This document shows, piece after piece, positions 48,511-58,717 of a DNA stretch of 64,000 nt (its first letter is position 1; every line of letters begins with the position of its first letter). The notes beneath the pieces were generated by a model that saw only the letters and a program-made list of their open reading frames with translations, did no database searches and was not told the origin of the DNA. The position numbers and the translations under genes were made by a program. Origin of the DNA: Candidatus Melainabacteria bacterium 17Bon1m (GTDB taxonomy: Bacteria; Cyanobacteriota; Vampirovibrionia; Obscuribacterales; Obscuribacteraceae); assembly GCA_032128875.1 (NCBI GenBank), contig JAVLKG010000002.1:96001-160000 (forward strand). Reading direction: 5' to 3'.

Positions 48511-49233
48511 TTGTTGTCAGTTAGAGGCTACATTAAAGTGAGTAAATCTGCCGAGGAATTGTCCGCCCGCCAGGCGCTGGTCGAGGTTTCCAGACTTTGC
48601 TATCAGCGCGGGTACATCACCGGCACTGAGGGAAATTTTAGTATTCGGCTGGGCGCCGACCGCATTTTGACCACCCCCAGAGGGGTCTGCAAGGGGCGGA
48701 TAAATGAGGGCGACCTCGTTGTGACTGATATTGAGGGGGCGCCCGTTGACCCCCATGCAGCATTGCCTTCGACCGAATTGAAGATGCATTTGTCTGCTTA
48801 TCGGTTGCGCGACGACGTTCTTGCCGTGGTGCATGCGCATCCGACTGTCGCCGTCGGTTTTACAGTAGCGGGCGTAAACCTCTCCACACCTGCCTTGCCG
48901 GAGGTGGTCTGCACGATTGGTGGCATTCCTGTGGCACCGTATGCGACACCTAGCACCGACGAAGTCGTCCAAAGCATCGAGCCTTATGTAAAAAAGTGTG
49001 ACGCGTTGATGCTCGATCATCATGGAGCGCTTTGTCTTGGAAAGGACATCTGGGACGCTTTCTACAAGCTTGAAACCCTTGAGCACCAAGCGCAAACGCT
49101 GCTTGTAGCGCATCTTTTGGGCGGTCCAAAGCCGCTTTCCAAGGCTCAAATCAATTCTTTGCTGGCGATTCGCGGTGTTTACGGACTCACCAACGAACTT
49201 GATGTAGATTATTTGACGGGCGGTACAAATTGA
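48511..49233 (+). CDS. Class II aldolase/adducin family protein
   Basis: GNFS, PSTELKMH, VHAHP, LDHHG metal ligands. Confidence 0.92.
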   Translation: MLSVRGYIKVSKSAEELSARQALVEVSRLCYQRGYITGTEGNFSIRLGADRILTTPRGVCKGRINEGDLVVTDIEGAPVDPHAALPSTELKMHLSAYRLRDDVLAVVHAHPTVAVGFTVAGVNLSTPALPEVVCTIGGIPVAPYATPSTDEVVQSIEPYVKKCDALMLDHHGALCLGKDIWDAFYKLETLEHQAQTLLVAHLLGGPKPLSKAQINSLLAIRGVYGLTNELDVDYLTGGTN

Positions 49234-49925
49234 CCCTTCAATCATCATCGATGAACGAGCAGCCAAAGACAGTTGAGACTTCCAAGAAGGAAGTTTTGCA
49301 TCCGGAGGAGAGCATTACGACTCTTCTGCTGATTCGTCATGGGCATACTCGGATGACGGAAGAGGGAAGACTTTACAGCGACCCGGAAGCCGAGCTGACG
49401 GACGAAGGTTTGAAACAGTCGAAGGCGCTCGCAGAATGGTTGATGTCGCGGCCGCCTGATGTGGTTTTGTCCAGCACTGCAAAGCGCGTTGTTGCCACCG
49501 CCGAATCAATTTCCGGTCAAACGAATATTCCCATTCTTCGCGTCGATGATCTCAACGAATGGCATGTTGGAAATTGGGAAGGTCGCACTTATCTTGATTT
49601 GAAGAAGAATTCGCCCGACGAATACAAGGCGTGGACGGCGGATCCGATTCGCATGCGCCCACCGGGCGGCGAGTCGATCGAGGACATGTATGAGCGCACG
49701 AAGGTGCGCATCGCAGAACTTATAGAGCAGTATGATGGAAAACGCGTCGCACTCGTCACGCATGCTGGTATTGTCCGCAGTGTCATCGTGCACGCACTCG
49801 GAATGCCGCTGGATAATTTCTGGCGCATTTCAATTCCTGTAGGAACAGTCTCCAAAGTCGATTTCAGCAAGAGCTTCGCTACTGTCCACTTCATGGCAAT
49901 GCGCCCAGGCGCTGACGAAGTTTAG
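49230..49925 (+). CDS. Histidine phosphatase (CobC/GpmB-like)
   Basis: LIRHG, GNWEG, PGGES, VTHAG. Confidence 0.92.
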   Translation: MTLQSSSMNEQPKTVETSKKEVLHPEESITTLLLIRHGHTRMTEEGRLYSDPEAELTDEGLKQSKALAEWLMSRPPDVVLSSTAKRVVATAESISGQTNIPILRVDDLNEWHVGNWEGRTYLDLKKNSPDEYKAWTADPIRMRPPGGESIEDMYERTKVRIAELIEQYDGKRVALVTHAGIVRSVIVHALGMPLDNFWRISIPVGTVSKVDFSKSFATVHFMAMRPGADEV

Positions 49926-49981
49926 GCCGGAACGCTGCCATCCCGGCGGCTTTTAAGTGCCGGCTGGAAGCCGGCGCTCCG
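49925..49981. repeat. REP-like family A inverted pair
   Basis: ggaacgctgccatcccggcggc ... gccggctggaagccggcgctcc between convergent stops. Confidence 0.55.
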
Positions 49982-49990
49982 GCCCGGTTG

Positions 49991-50104
49991 CTATTCGTTG
50001 TAGGCGCTGATTACGTCGAAGTACTGAAGTGCAGCCATGAGAGCGCACAGGAAGAACGAGTTGAATAGAATGTGCGCGTAATCTACGCTCGCGATGAATG
50101 GCAT
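49991..50104 (-). CDS. 37-aa hydrophobic small protein (not in ORF track)
   Basis: AAGGAG RBS; MPFIASVDYAHILFNSFFLCALMAALQYFDVISAYNE. Confidence 0.6.
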   Translation of the reverse strand: MPFIASVDYAHILFNSFFLCALMAALQYFDVISAYNE

Positions 50105-50156
50105 CGTGATGCTCCTTTTTTTGAATTGGAAGGGCGTTGTGGACGTCGTGCGCGTT

Positions 50157-50330
50157 TTAGTTGTCTCTGTTGCTGTTTGACTTCGCGTAGCTGTTGAAGT
50201 AGCAGCTCCAGACCGAGGTGCTTTCTTCGAGAATCGGTTGTTCTTGTTGGATGAGGGGAAGGGGTTCGGCGAGTTGGACGGCGTTTTTGGTTTGGAGCAA
50301 TGCGGAAATGTGTTCGAGTAGCGCTTGCAT
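50157..50330 (-). CDS. 57-aa small hypothetical protein
   Basis: GAGG RBS before ATG at 50330; MQALLEHISALLQ..WSCYFNSY. Confidence 0.5.
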   Translation of the reverse strand: MQALLEHISALLQTKNAVQLAEPLPLIQQEQPILEESTSVWSCYFNSYAKSNSNRDN

Positions 50331-50429
50331 AGAATCTGTCCTCGGAAGGGTGGGTGGTTCGGGTGCTATCAATGTACGAAACCCGATGGACAATGATTGG
50401 ACAACCCGAAAATGGTAACTGGGTGGGGT

Positions 50430-50682
50430 CTTGCCGGGCGGAAGGCTGGCGGTCTAGACCTTTTAGAAGCCGGCGAGCCGCCGGCGCTCCCAGGCAAGGT
50501 CCGGCGCTCCGCCCATCTCGAAGCCGGCAGGATGCTGGCGGTCACCTGGACAAACGGCGGCAAGCTGCCGCCGGGCCAAAGGCGGGCGAGCCGTCGGCGC
50601 GCCCAGGACGGCTCGCGCTTCCAGGAGACTCCCACCCAGGCGCTCCCAGGAAAAACGGGCGATGCATGGCGTCGCCCCTACA
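50430..50682. repeat. Cluster of REP-like palindromes (families A and B)
   Basis: agaagccggcgagccgccggcgctcccagg at 50465 plus variants; reverse TGTAGGGGCGACGCCATGCATCGCCCG at 50656-50682. Confidence 0.8.
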
Positions 50683-50727
50683 GAGCGGCCCTCTGCTGCC
50701 GCTCGTTTGCTATGCTAGCGGGCTCAA

Positions 50728-52572
50728 ATGTCTGCTAAAGCAATCGATATACGCAAGCTTCTCGTGGCGACAGTACTCATGCTGCCGCTCGTTTCTTGCT
50801 TTTGGTATGTCGCGGTTTTTGGCGTCAATCTCCCGTATCAGGACGATTGGGCTTTTATGCATGAAGCTGGGCGCATGCTGCTGCATGACCCGAATGCGAC
50901 AGTGCTGCGTTTTCTGAATCATCAGCACAACGATCACAAAATGGGAGTTCCTTTTTCCATCCTTTTCTGCATTGGCGTTGCGACCGATTGGAATTGGGTG
51001 GCGATGATGTATGGCAATGTCGTGCTTCATTCGCTGGCAAACATATTATTGATGGTCTGGGCGTGGGCTCAGATGAAATTGCGTTCTCTTCCGCTTTTGA
51101 TTTTGCTGCCGATTCCGTTGGTGATGTGCAGTTTTCGCCAGTGGGAAAACATGCTGTTTGCATTTCAAACATGCATATATAGCGTTCATTTGTTTTTTCT
51201 TCTCTCTCTCATTCTGTTAGAACGTTCGAGGGGGCTCGATTGGAAGTTCTATACCGCGATGCTCGCCGCGTTTCTTGCGTGTTATTGCAATGGCAACGGA
51301 TTGCTCGCGCTCCCTTTGGGTTTGCTTGCATTGATTCTTCAGTGGACGATGACATTGCGAGCGAATGAAGACGCAACGCCTGAGACTGATCGTGATGTTA
51401 GCTTCGATGCATCTGAAGATTTCAAGGCAAGTTCTATAAAAAGATCCGAGAGCTCGGTCGCTAAATTGAAGATTTTGATCTGGACTGGAGTTAGTGCTCT
51501 GGTATCACTTCTCTATTTTTCAACCTACGAACACCAAAGTTTTTTCAAGTTCAAACTCGCATATTTGAGCGAGAACTTTCGCGGCGTCATCAAATTTTTG
51601 ATTGCACCATTTGGCACCTTGTATGCAAATGACGTACACAATGCGATTTTGTGGGGAATCTTATTTCTCCTGACCCTTTGTCTCACTCTCTTCATCTGCA
51701 TAAAGAGACGCATTCTCGATCGCTTTGTCATCACAGCGTGGATGATTATCTTGTTCTGCGTCGCTTTTGATTTGCTTGTTTTCTGGGGGCGATGCGGATT
51801 TGCACTTGACCCAGTTCTATCCGCGAAAAGTCCCGACACTTATCTCAACGCAATTTGCTCTCGCTATTCAACGACGAATGCGCTTGGTCTTGTCGGTTTG
51901 TATCTGCTGACCGTCCACACCTTTCGCCGCGGTTGGCTTTCAATCATAAGCGCAGCTTGTGTGAGTGCATTGGTTAGCTGCTGTATTTATGTCTCGATGA
52001 CTGTCGGAATCACAATGAGTGAGGTGTGGCACGATTACCGACTGACTGAAAAAACGATTGTTGAAAATCAAGAACTAGTTACCGACGATCAGTTGAAGCG
52101 AATTTTTCCCGAACCAGGTGTTATGCGCAGGTTCAAAAAAACGATTGAGCGGTTGCATCTGTTCCACTACAGTCACGAGAAGTTTCCCTCACATCTTCCT
52201 GTCACAAAAGAGCCAGTTGCTTTGGTCACCTACGTAAACGGGAAGGTAGACGCCAAAGGACAATGGCATGTTGGTACGAATTCGGACATTGTGATTAAAG
52301 GCTGGACATGGGATCGCGATGCTAAGAAACCCGCGGCTGCTGTTTGGGTATTTGTCGATGAAAAACCTCTGATACTCGCTGCCTATGGGCTGACCAGAAC
52401 AGACCTCAAAAGCTTTGGTCCTCGCATGCGGTGGGGGCGCACTGGTTTTGAGTCAGTCTTTTCTGCAAGACAAATCGGAGCCGGTCTGCACGAAGTGTCT
52501 CTTAAGGTGATTTCATCCGATGGCAAACGCTGCATGGATACTGGCACGCAAGTTCTTTTGTTGGTTGAGTAG
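50728..52572 (+). CDS. GT-C-type membrane glycosyltransferase-like protein with C-terminal Ig-like domain
   Basis: NLPYQDDW, QHNDHK, FRQWEN, SRY motifs; many TMs; KGWTWD..RTDL..TGF domain. Confidence 0.7.
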   Translation: MSAKAIDIRKLLVATVLMLPLVSCFWYVAVFGVNLPYQDDWAFMHEAGRMLLHDPNATVLRFLNHQHNDHKMGVPFSILFCIGVATDWNWVAMMYGNVVLHSLANILLMVWAWAQMKLRSLPLLILLPIPLVMCSFRQWENMLFAFQTCIYSVHLFFLLSLILLERSRGLDWKFYTAMLAAFLACYCNGNGLLALPLGLLALILQWTMTLRANEDATPETDRDVSFDASEDFKASSIKRSESSVAKLKILIWTGVSALVSLLYFSTYEHQSFFKFKLAYLSENFRGVIKFLIAPFGTLYANDVHNAILWGILFLLTLCLTLFICIKRRILDRFVITAWMIILFCVAFDLLVFWGRCGFALDPVLSAKSPDTYLNAICSRYSTTNALGLVGLYLLTVHTFRRGWLSIISAACVSALVSCCIYVSMTVGITMSEVWHDYRLTEKTIVENQELVTDDQLKRIFPEPGVMRRFKKTIERLHLFHYSHEKFPSHLPVTKEPVALVTYVNGKVDAKGQWHVGTNSDIVIKGWTWDRDAKKPAAAVWVFVDEKPLILAAYGLTRTDLKSFGPRMRWGRTGFESVFSARQIGAGLHEVSLKVISSDGKRCMDTGTQVLLLVE

Positions 52573-52637
52573 ATTTACTCTTTGGATAGAGAAGAGAACA
52601 GCAGGTTATAATCCGACCTTTCCAAGTTGGAAAATCG

Positions 52638-53633
52638 ATGCCATCGTATCTAATACTGCGTGTTGTTGCTTTTTTGGTCTCCGTCATCTTGCCGGTGTTC
52701 TTTTTTGCGCGGTATGAATTGTTCGCTGCATTCGCTATTCCTCTCACTATTGCGCATTATTCGCTGGCGTTTCCGTACTCGAAAAAGTACCTCGCCAGTG
52801 TAGTCAAAACGCCACAAACTAGGCTCAACTTCGCTTTGTTGACAGCCAGCGCGTTTGCTTTGTGTACGATCAAAGTTCCGTTTTTGATGTTCGTCACGTT
52901 TGTGTTTCACCATGTCTTTAGTGAAGTCTACATAATGTATGAGAATGTGCTTCCTAAGCTTTGGTCGCAGACTAAGGCACTTCGCGTCGCCTCGATAGTC
53001 TCTAATTTGTTCGGCTATTTTGCTGCCGTTCGCCCTGCCAGAAAACTTTTCCCGTCACTGGAGTATTTCCTTTATGCGGGTTATGCAATTGCGACTGTCT
53101 TTTTTCTTTTCCAGCTTTACAAGATGCGTAAGACGTTTACGCGTGAGCAGTTGATAAACTCAACCATCTTCGAGACGCTTGTGCTGGCTTTCGTTGTGGC
53201 AGGCATGTTGCGCCCTTTGCCGCCTTCGATCTTCATTTTTTATCACGTGATTTTTTGGCTGTTCTATCCATCGTACAAAATGTTAGCTGTCAAACAATGG
53301 AAGCCTCTGTCGATTTTTCTCGGCGCCAATGCCGCAATCACGATTGTTTTCATGTTGCTTTCGCCGCTTAGCCCTCTGCCCATTAAGATGACTTCAGAAC
53401 AAATGATCGGGCTTTTTACTTACGGCGCGCTTTTCCACATCATCACGTCTATGGCTATGACCAGTGCGCAACCAGCATGGATAACACCCATCTTCCATCC
53501 CGGGTTTACGCACGAAGGCAAATTGGCGAATGCAGCGGTGACGAATGCAGCTGTGGCGAATGCAGCTGCGGCAACGGCAGATGCGGCAACTCCCGCGGCA
53601 GCTGCGGAAAAAGTATTAGCATCTGTTCGCTAG
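52638..53633 (+). CDS. Multi-pass membrane protein with intramembrane histidines
   Basis: AHY, FHH..E, YHV..W, FHI motifs in TM segments; Ala-rich repeat tail. Confidence 0.7.
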   Translation: MPSYLILRVVAFLVSVILPVFFFARYELFAAFAIPLTIAHYSLAFPYSKKYLASVVKTPQTRLNFALLTASAFALCTIKVPFLMFVTFVFHHVFSEVYIMYENVLPKLWSQTKALRVASIVSNLFGYFAAVRPARKLFPSLEYFLYAGYAIATVFFLFQLYKMRKTFTREQLINSTIFETLVLAFVVAGMLRPLPPSIFIFYHVIFWLFYPSYKMLAVKQWKPLSIFLGANAAITIVFMLLSPLSPLPIKMTSEQMIGLFTYGALFHIITSMAMTSAQPAWITPIFHPGFTHEGKLANAAVTNAAVANAAAATADAATPAAAAEKVLASVR

Positions 53634-53805
53634 TGTAGCGGCGACGCCATGCGTCGCCCGTTATTTGAAGCCGGCGAGCCGCCGGCGCTCCCAGCGCTTC
53701 GCTTACCACCTTGTTAGCGCATTGCTTTCTCGTGGGTTACTTCCTTCGCTGCTGTAGGGGCGGCATTCATGCCGCCCGTGAAGGCGCATGCAATGCGCCC
53801 CCACG
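53634..53805. repeat. REP-like cluster (families A and B)
   Basis: TGTAGCGGCGACGCCATGCGTCGCCCG (53634); gaagccggcgagccgccggcgctcccag (53667); TGTAGGGGCGGCATTCATGCCGCCCG (53753) with inverted partner. Confidence 0.8.
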
Positions 53806-53948
53806 CAGATCATTAGCATTTAACACTCGCAGACGGTGAGCCTCTTTGTGCGTTTTTTACTAATAAGACCAGAGTCATGAAGTTGACAGTATGCAGATGT
53901 TAGTATCGCCATAGCATTAAACATTGCATTTGATGGAGAAGTTTTCCA

Positions 53949-55172
53949 GTGCCCGTGGAAACGGAAACCCGCATCGATAGTCCGATCACGGCGGACGCGA
54001 AAATCAATCATGGGAAAACGCGCCTCGGTGTTTTCAATGTTCGCTTACGTACAAGGGCGCTGTCTGCGCCGGATGTTTCAGCAAAAGGCGAAACTTTTAA
54101 GCGCACACTTATCGCTCTCGCTGCGGTTCTCGTCTCACTCGCATTTTGCGAAGCTCTTGCGCGCGTCGTCATTTGCATCACTAAACCTGCAATTTACGGC
54201 AATCAGGAAATGGACGCGAAGATGCGTCTTGCTATGACACCATTACCGAAAAACAAACCTTGTATCTACTTCCTCGGCACTTCGCACACCAGCCGTGGTG
54301 TCTATACAGATCTCATTGCCAGTCGCCTGAAAGACAAAGGTTATGACATTGAATGCCGTAACTTGGCTTGTGGAGGCAGTTTTCCATCAGACGAACTGTT
54401 CATCTTGCAACATGCTTTAGAAAAGTCTCCGTATCGTTTTTCGATGATCTACGAGTGTAATCAAGGCGGGTTTGCTGCGCAACCAAGCTATGCGTTTGGC
54501 GTTGGTGCCCTGGGCAAGTCGTTGTATTACAAGAACACTCAGAGCAATTGGCCGATACTGAAGAAGTTCGACCTGTGGATGAAGAAGCACCTCTATTTGG
54601 TTCGCTATAGAGCCATACTCAAACAGCGCCTGACTGCAATTCCGAAAATGATTTTCTCTCCCAACCCAATTGTTTGGGAGCGGAAGAAGGTGTATTCGGT
54701 GCAGGACGATATTTCGCCACAGGGCTGGGCGCCCGTATACCCGGTGTACGACGCGAAGCTGTTGGATAAATCAATTGCGGTGCGCAAAGTGCAGGTCGAG
54801 TATTTCAATCCTACTGCCGGTCTCAACAGCACTCGCGATCGATACTATTTGCTCGAAAAGGTCTTCGATTTTGCGAAGTATCGTCAGGTTCCGATGACGA
54901 TGCTCTGGCTGCCGTTGCATCCGAGAATGCGTGACGCGTTTACTGCAGAAATGAAAATGACTGATGAGCAACTCACCAACAAGTTTCAACGCGCTGCAGC
55001 GCTCGACAAGGTCAACCTCATCGATTTGCACATCACCGACAAGGCGCAAAACTTCGCTGACGGCGACCATCTCAATGCAATAGGTTCTGTCGATATTTCC
55101 AACAAAATTGCAGATCAACTGCTGGCAGACAGCAAGACATATCTGGACCCGCTCTTAGGTAAGAAGCAGTGA
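53949..55172 (+). CDS. SGNH/DltD-like acyltransferase component
   Basis: TM anchor; FLGTSH, NLACGG, FADGDHLN; 4-bp overlap with the MBOAT gene. Confidence 0.8.
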   Translation: MPVETETRIDSPITADAKINHGKTRLGVFNVRLRTRALSAPDVSAKGETFKRTLIALAAVLVSLAFCEALARVVICITKPAIYGNQEMDAKMRLAMTPLPKNKPCIYFLGTSHTSRGVYTDLIASRLKDKGYDIECRNLACGGSFPSDELFILQHALEKSPYRFSMIYECNQGGFAAQPSYAFGVGALGKSLYYKNTQSNWPILKKFDLWMKKHLYLVRYRAILKQRLTAIPKMIFSPNPIVWERKKVYSVQDDISPQGWAPVYPVYDAKLLDKSIAVRKVQVEYFNPTAGLNSTRDRYYLLEKVFDFAKYRQVPMTMLWLPLHPRMRDAFTAEMKMTDEQLTNKFQRAAALDKVNLIDLHITDKAQNFADGDHLNAIGSVDISNKIADQLLADSKTYLDPLLGKKQ

Positions 55173-56620
55173 ATTTCATATCGACGCAATTTGTGATTTT
55201 CATGCTGGTGACCTGGGGACTCTTCCTCGTCTTGCCGCCGCGTTATCGCTGGCATATGTTGCTGGCTGCGAGCTATGTTTTTTACGCGACCTGGAGCATT
55301 CCTTTCGTCGCGGTCATTCTTTTGACCACATCTGTCGATTATCTTGCCAGCAAGATAATCTTTGCGAACGCATCGCCAAAGTTTCGCAAGATGACCTTGT
55401 GGACAGCGATTGCAGTAAATCTGCTTGTGCTCGGCTATTTCAAATATTTCAACTTCTTCCTCGATATCAACGCTTCTTTGATGAAGTATTTGGGCGTTGC
55501 CAACACAATGCCCAAGCATTTGGAAATTCTATTGCCGCTCGGGATTTCGTATTACACCTTCGAAGCAATCAGTTATCTGGTTGATGTCTATCGTGGTGCA
55601 AAACCCGCTCCAAACTGGCTTTCCTACAACTTCTATATCATGTACTTCCCGCACCTGATTTCGGGACCGATCATTCGCTTCAACGAACTTTGGCCGCAGT
55701 ATAAAGAAGGCATTCAGACTCCTGAATTCGCTCGCGTTGGAAAAGGTCTTGAACTGCTCGTCTTGGGCTACATGTTCAAACTGATCATCGCTGACAATTG
55801 TGCCGGAATTGCTGATCCTGTATTTGCAAAACCCGAGTCAGCATCAGTGCTTGCGACCTACACCGCGGTGCTCGCGTTCGCGGGGCAACTCTATTTCGAT
55901 TTCCTCGGCTATACGCATATAGCCAGAGGTGCGTCATTGATGTTCAATCTGGAATTGCCGATTAATTTCAAGCATCCTCTCAATGCGGACAACATGGCAG
56001 ACTTTTGGCAGCGTTGGCAAATTTCGCTTTCCCGCTGGCTGCACGACTACTTGTATGTACCGTTGGGTGGTTCGCGAAAGTTTCTCCCACGCACGATGCT
56101 CAATGTTTTTATTACGCTGATGGTCGCCGGCATTTGGCATGGAGCGGGTTGGATATACGTCATTCTCGGCTTGTATTTCGGACTCAATGTGGCTGGCTAT
56201 CATGCTTGGCGCCGCCTCAGAAAGAAGTTGTTCAAGTCGAAAGATAAAGTTATTACGCACCACCCACTGTACGTGAGCGTGGCGCATGTCATCACTTTCA
56301 CATTGATTGTTTTGAGTGGTGTTTTTTTCCGCTCCACAAGCGTACAAACTGAAGTTGTCATTTTCGACCACTTGATTCGATTCAAAAAATTGTTCGAACA
56401 GATCGCCGAAGCTGCTGCACGCGATAGTTTTACCGAAATTGGCATTTGCTTTTCAATGATTGTTATTCTGATTTCTGGTCCATACGTCGTCAGGCTTTAC
56501 GAGCGGCTTTACCAGCCAATGCCTTATTGGGTAAAACTGCAAACAGCCACCGCCGCACTTTTACTTTGTTGGATTTTCTGCGCGGAATATATACCGCCGT
56601 TCATCTACTTCCAGTTTTAG
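55169..56620 (+). CDS. MBOAT O-acyltransferase (AlgI/PatA/DltB family)
   Basis: LPLGISYYTF, FPHLISGPI, YFDF.GY, DFWQRWQISLS.WL.DYLY.PLGG, GIWHGAG. Confidence 0.95.
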   Translation: MNFISTQFVIFMLVTWGLFLVLPPRYRWHMLLAASYVFYATWSIPFVAVILLTTSVDYLASKIIFANASPKFRKMTLWTAIAVNLLVLGYFKYFNFFLDINASLMKYLGVANTMPKHLEILLPLGISYYTFEAISYLVDVYRGAKPAPNWLSYNFYIMYFPHLISGPIIRFNELWPQYKEGIQTPEFARVGKGLELLVLGYMFKLIIADNCAGIADPVFAKPESASVLATYTAVLAFAGQLYFDFLGYTHIARGASLMFNLELPINFKHPLNADNMADFWQRWQISLSRWLHDYLYVPLGGSRKFLPRTMLNVFITLMVAGIWHGAGWIYVILGLYFGLNVAGYHAWRRLRKKLFKSKDKVITHHPLYVSVAHVITFTLIVLSGVFFRSTSVQTEVVIFDHLIRFKKLFEQIAEAAARDSFTEIGICFSMIVILISGPYVVRLYERLYQPMPYWVKLQTATAALLLCWIFCAEYIPPFIYFQF

Positions 56621-56628
56621 GCTGGAAT

Positions 56629-56707
56629 TGTGGGGGCGCATTAGTAAGGCGTGGGGTCGCATTGCATGCGACCTTAAAAAAATGGGCGCGTGCAACGCGC
56701 CCCCACA
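56629..56707. repeat. REP-like family B inverted pair
   Basis: GTGGGGTCGCATTGCATGCGACC and GGGCGCGTGCAACGCGCCCCCACA between convergent genes. Confidence 0.75.
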
Positions 56708-56727
56708 TTGCTCCGCGGCCCGCGCTA

Positions 56728-58050
56728 TTATTCGAAGCAGTGCTTTGCTTTCGCCAAATGAACCCATCGCAAGAAAAGAGAGTTGGGTTTGACCTTTGGT
56801 CCTGGTCCGTTGAAAGCGCCAAATCTAAGCTCTTTGATCTTCCCTTTCCACTTCGCGTGTTCCGTGACTGGAAAGCACATTACGTCGTAATGTTCGCCAG
56901 GATAATAGGTGAGATGTATCGCTCGCTCTTCGGACAATTCCTCATTTTCTCCACGCCAAAATAATGAGAATCTACTGCCTGCGATTCCCGCTGCACACAA
57001 CCAAACTTCGACGACTGACTCCGCATCGAATGCGTCTATCGGTAATCCGAATTGGAAGTGCTCTCCCTTGAGTTCCACAGTTACCCTGTCACCTGCGAGA
57101 ACAAGCCTTCCGTCGTCGCTTTTGAAACCGTCGTTGATGAGTCGGCGATCAAAATAGTATCTTCCGTTTTCTTCTGGCGATGCTACTTCCGGTACGTCGT
57201 CATAGCCAAAGTGATTGAAGGCTTCTTGCAAGTTCGCTTCCAAACACTTTCGAACAATCTCCGGCATACCTTCATGTTTATAGCGTTTTATCGAGGCTTC
57301 GACACTTTTCGCCGTGACATGCTCCGGACGCATGTCGGATTCGATCGACCCTTCCAGGTTTATCTCCAATGTGTCTTCGACCTTCCTGAGCGCTTCTCGG
57401 CGATTGACGATGAGGTCTTCATACTTCAAGAGAATCGTACTGCGCACATCTTTTCGCACGAGATAGTTTTCAAAATGATTGCTGATGCCACGGCACATGT
57501 TGAGCGCGTGTTGAAAATCACCAGTGTCTTCCGTTAAATTCCACGCAATCGGATTTCTATGCGCCTTTATCCATTTGGTTCGCGAAATGAAGACATCGCG
57601 CGGGTCGCGAAACAAATCAATCGCATAGTACTGCGTCACTTGCTTCAACATCGGCACGATCCAGTACGCCGCTTTCTCGACGTAATAACGAGCCCCTGGT
57701 TGTTGTGCCTCGATCGACGGCAGCATCTGATTCCAGAGCTGCATGAGCACATCTTTTTCTTTCGGAAATCCGGCAATATCCTCCGGAAAAATCCCCCGCA
57801 AACCCCACGGCGCAGCACCCAAAGTGGGCAATTTCCAGTGGTAGTAGGTGTCAACATAATCATTGCCGACTGATTCGCATCGCCGCCAAAGCGCTGCAAT
57901 CTTACAGATGTAAGTTAAATACCGAATCTCGTATGGGTCTAGTCTTGGGAAAAAACAGCTCGGATCCAAGCCAAGCAACTGCATCAGCATCGTCGAGCCG
58001 CTGCGTCCATTGGACATCACTAATATTGGGAGTATCTGCTTTTCTGGCAT
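56728..58050 (-). CDS. Sulfotransferase-family protein with C-terminal beta domain
   Basis: GRSGSTML (5'-PSB), RDPRDVFIS (3'-PB), KYEDL. Confidence 0.88.
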   Translation of the reverse strand: MPEKQILPILVMSNGRSGSTMLMQLLGLDPSCFFPRLDPYEIRYLTYICKIAALWRRCESVGNDYVDTYYHWKLPTLGAAPWGLRGIFPEDIAGFPKEKDVLMQLWNQMLPSIEAQQPGARYYVEKAAYWIVPMLKQVTQYYAIDLFRDPRDVFISRTKWIKAHRNPIAWNLTEDTGDFQHALNMCRGISNHFENYLVRKDVRSTILLKYEDLIVNRREALRKVEDTLEINLEGSIESDMRPEHVTAKSVEASIKRYKHEGMPEIVRKCLEANLQEAFNHFGYDDVPEVASPEENGRYYFDRRLINDGFKSDDGRLVLAGDRVTVELKGEHFQFGLPIDAFDAESVVEVWLCAAGIAGSRFSLFWRGENEELSEERAIHLTYYPGEHYDVMCFPVTEHAKWKGKIKELRFGAFNGPGPKVKPNSLFLRWVHLAKAKHCFE

Positions 58051-58202
58051 ATCTGGCTCGACTTCGCGGACGGCGGAAGTAAAAGCATAAAGGATGAATA
58101 ATCAAAACCGCGTGAATTGCTTTTCCAAAAGCAGCAAAAGTTATGAAGAATCGGATAGTCTAGTCAGGTCAAAGACCCTCAGCAGTAAGGCGTTTTCAGC
58201 GC

Positions 58203-58709
58203 TTGGAAACACGAGTGATTGGTAAGGTATCGTACATTTTGACCGCAGCCGTTTTGGCTGTGATGATGTTGTGCATACCCGCCCATGCAAGCCCGAAGAA
58301 GAACCCAAAGGTTTCGGCGCTGCTGAGCAAGAGTTATATCTTTTACAAAGTCAGGAATTACAACGGTGCGCTGAAGTGTCTCGACAAGGCGCTCGAACTC
58401 GAGCCTCGCGCTCCGGGTCTATTTTTCCTCCGCGCCGAAGTGCGCAAGAAAACCGGTCAATTGCAGGATGCTGTCAGCGACTATCAAACTGCCTCGATGT
58501 ATTTGAGTCTGGAAGGCAAAGAAAAGCAGGCAAAACACTGCAGAGAAAGCGCCGCGCAAATCGAATCTGCAATCTACTCCGGCAAGCCACCAGCAGCGAC
58601 TGCAATCCCGAAAGTAGTTCAAGACTTGCAGTACAAGCTTGATCATTCGAACTCCCCGAGCGTACAACCAAAAGCCGTCGCGTCAACAGATAAATCAGGT
58701 ACTAAATAG
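58203..58709 (+). CDS. Exported TPR protein
   Basis: Signal peptide; NYNGALKCLDKALELEP. Confidence 0.75.
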   Translation: METRVIGKVSYILTAAVLAVMMLCIPAHASPKKNPKVSALLSKSYIFYKVRNYNGALKCLDKALELEPRAPGLFFLRAEVRKKTGQLQDAVSDYQTASMYLSLEGKEKQAKHCRESAAQIESAIYSGKPPAATAIPKVVQDLQYKLDHSNSPSVQPKAVASTDKSGTK

Positions 58710-58717
58710 TTAGCAAA

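Noticed and set aside
48517-49266. 249-aa antisense ORF
   Set aside because: Shadow of the class II aldolase gene
50354-50917. ORFs 50354-50917, 50369-50635 and 50397-50738
   Set aside because: Open frames arising from GC-rich REP repeats
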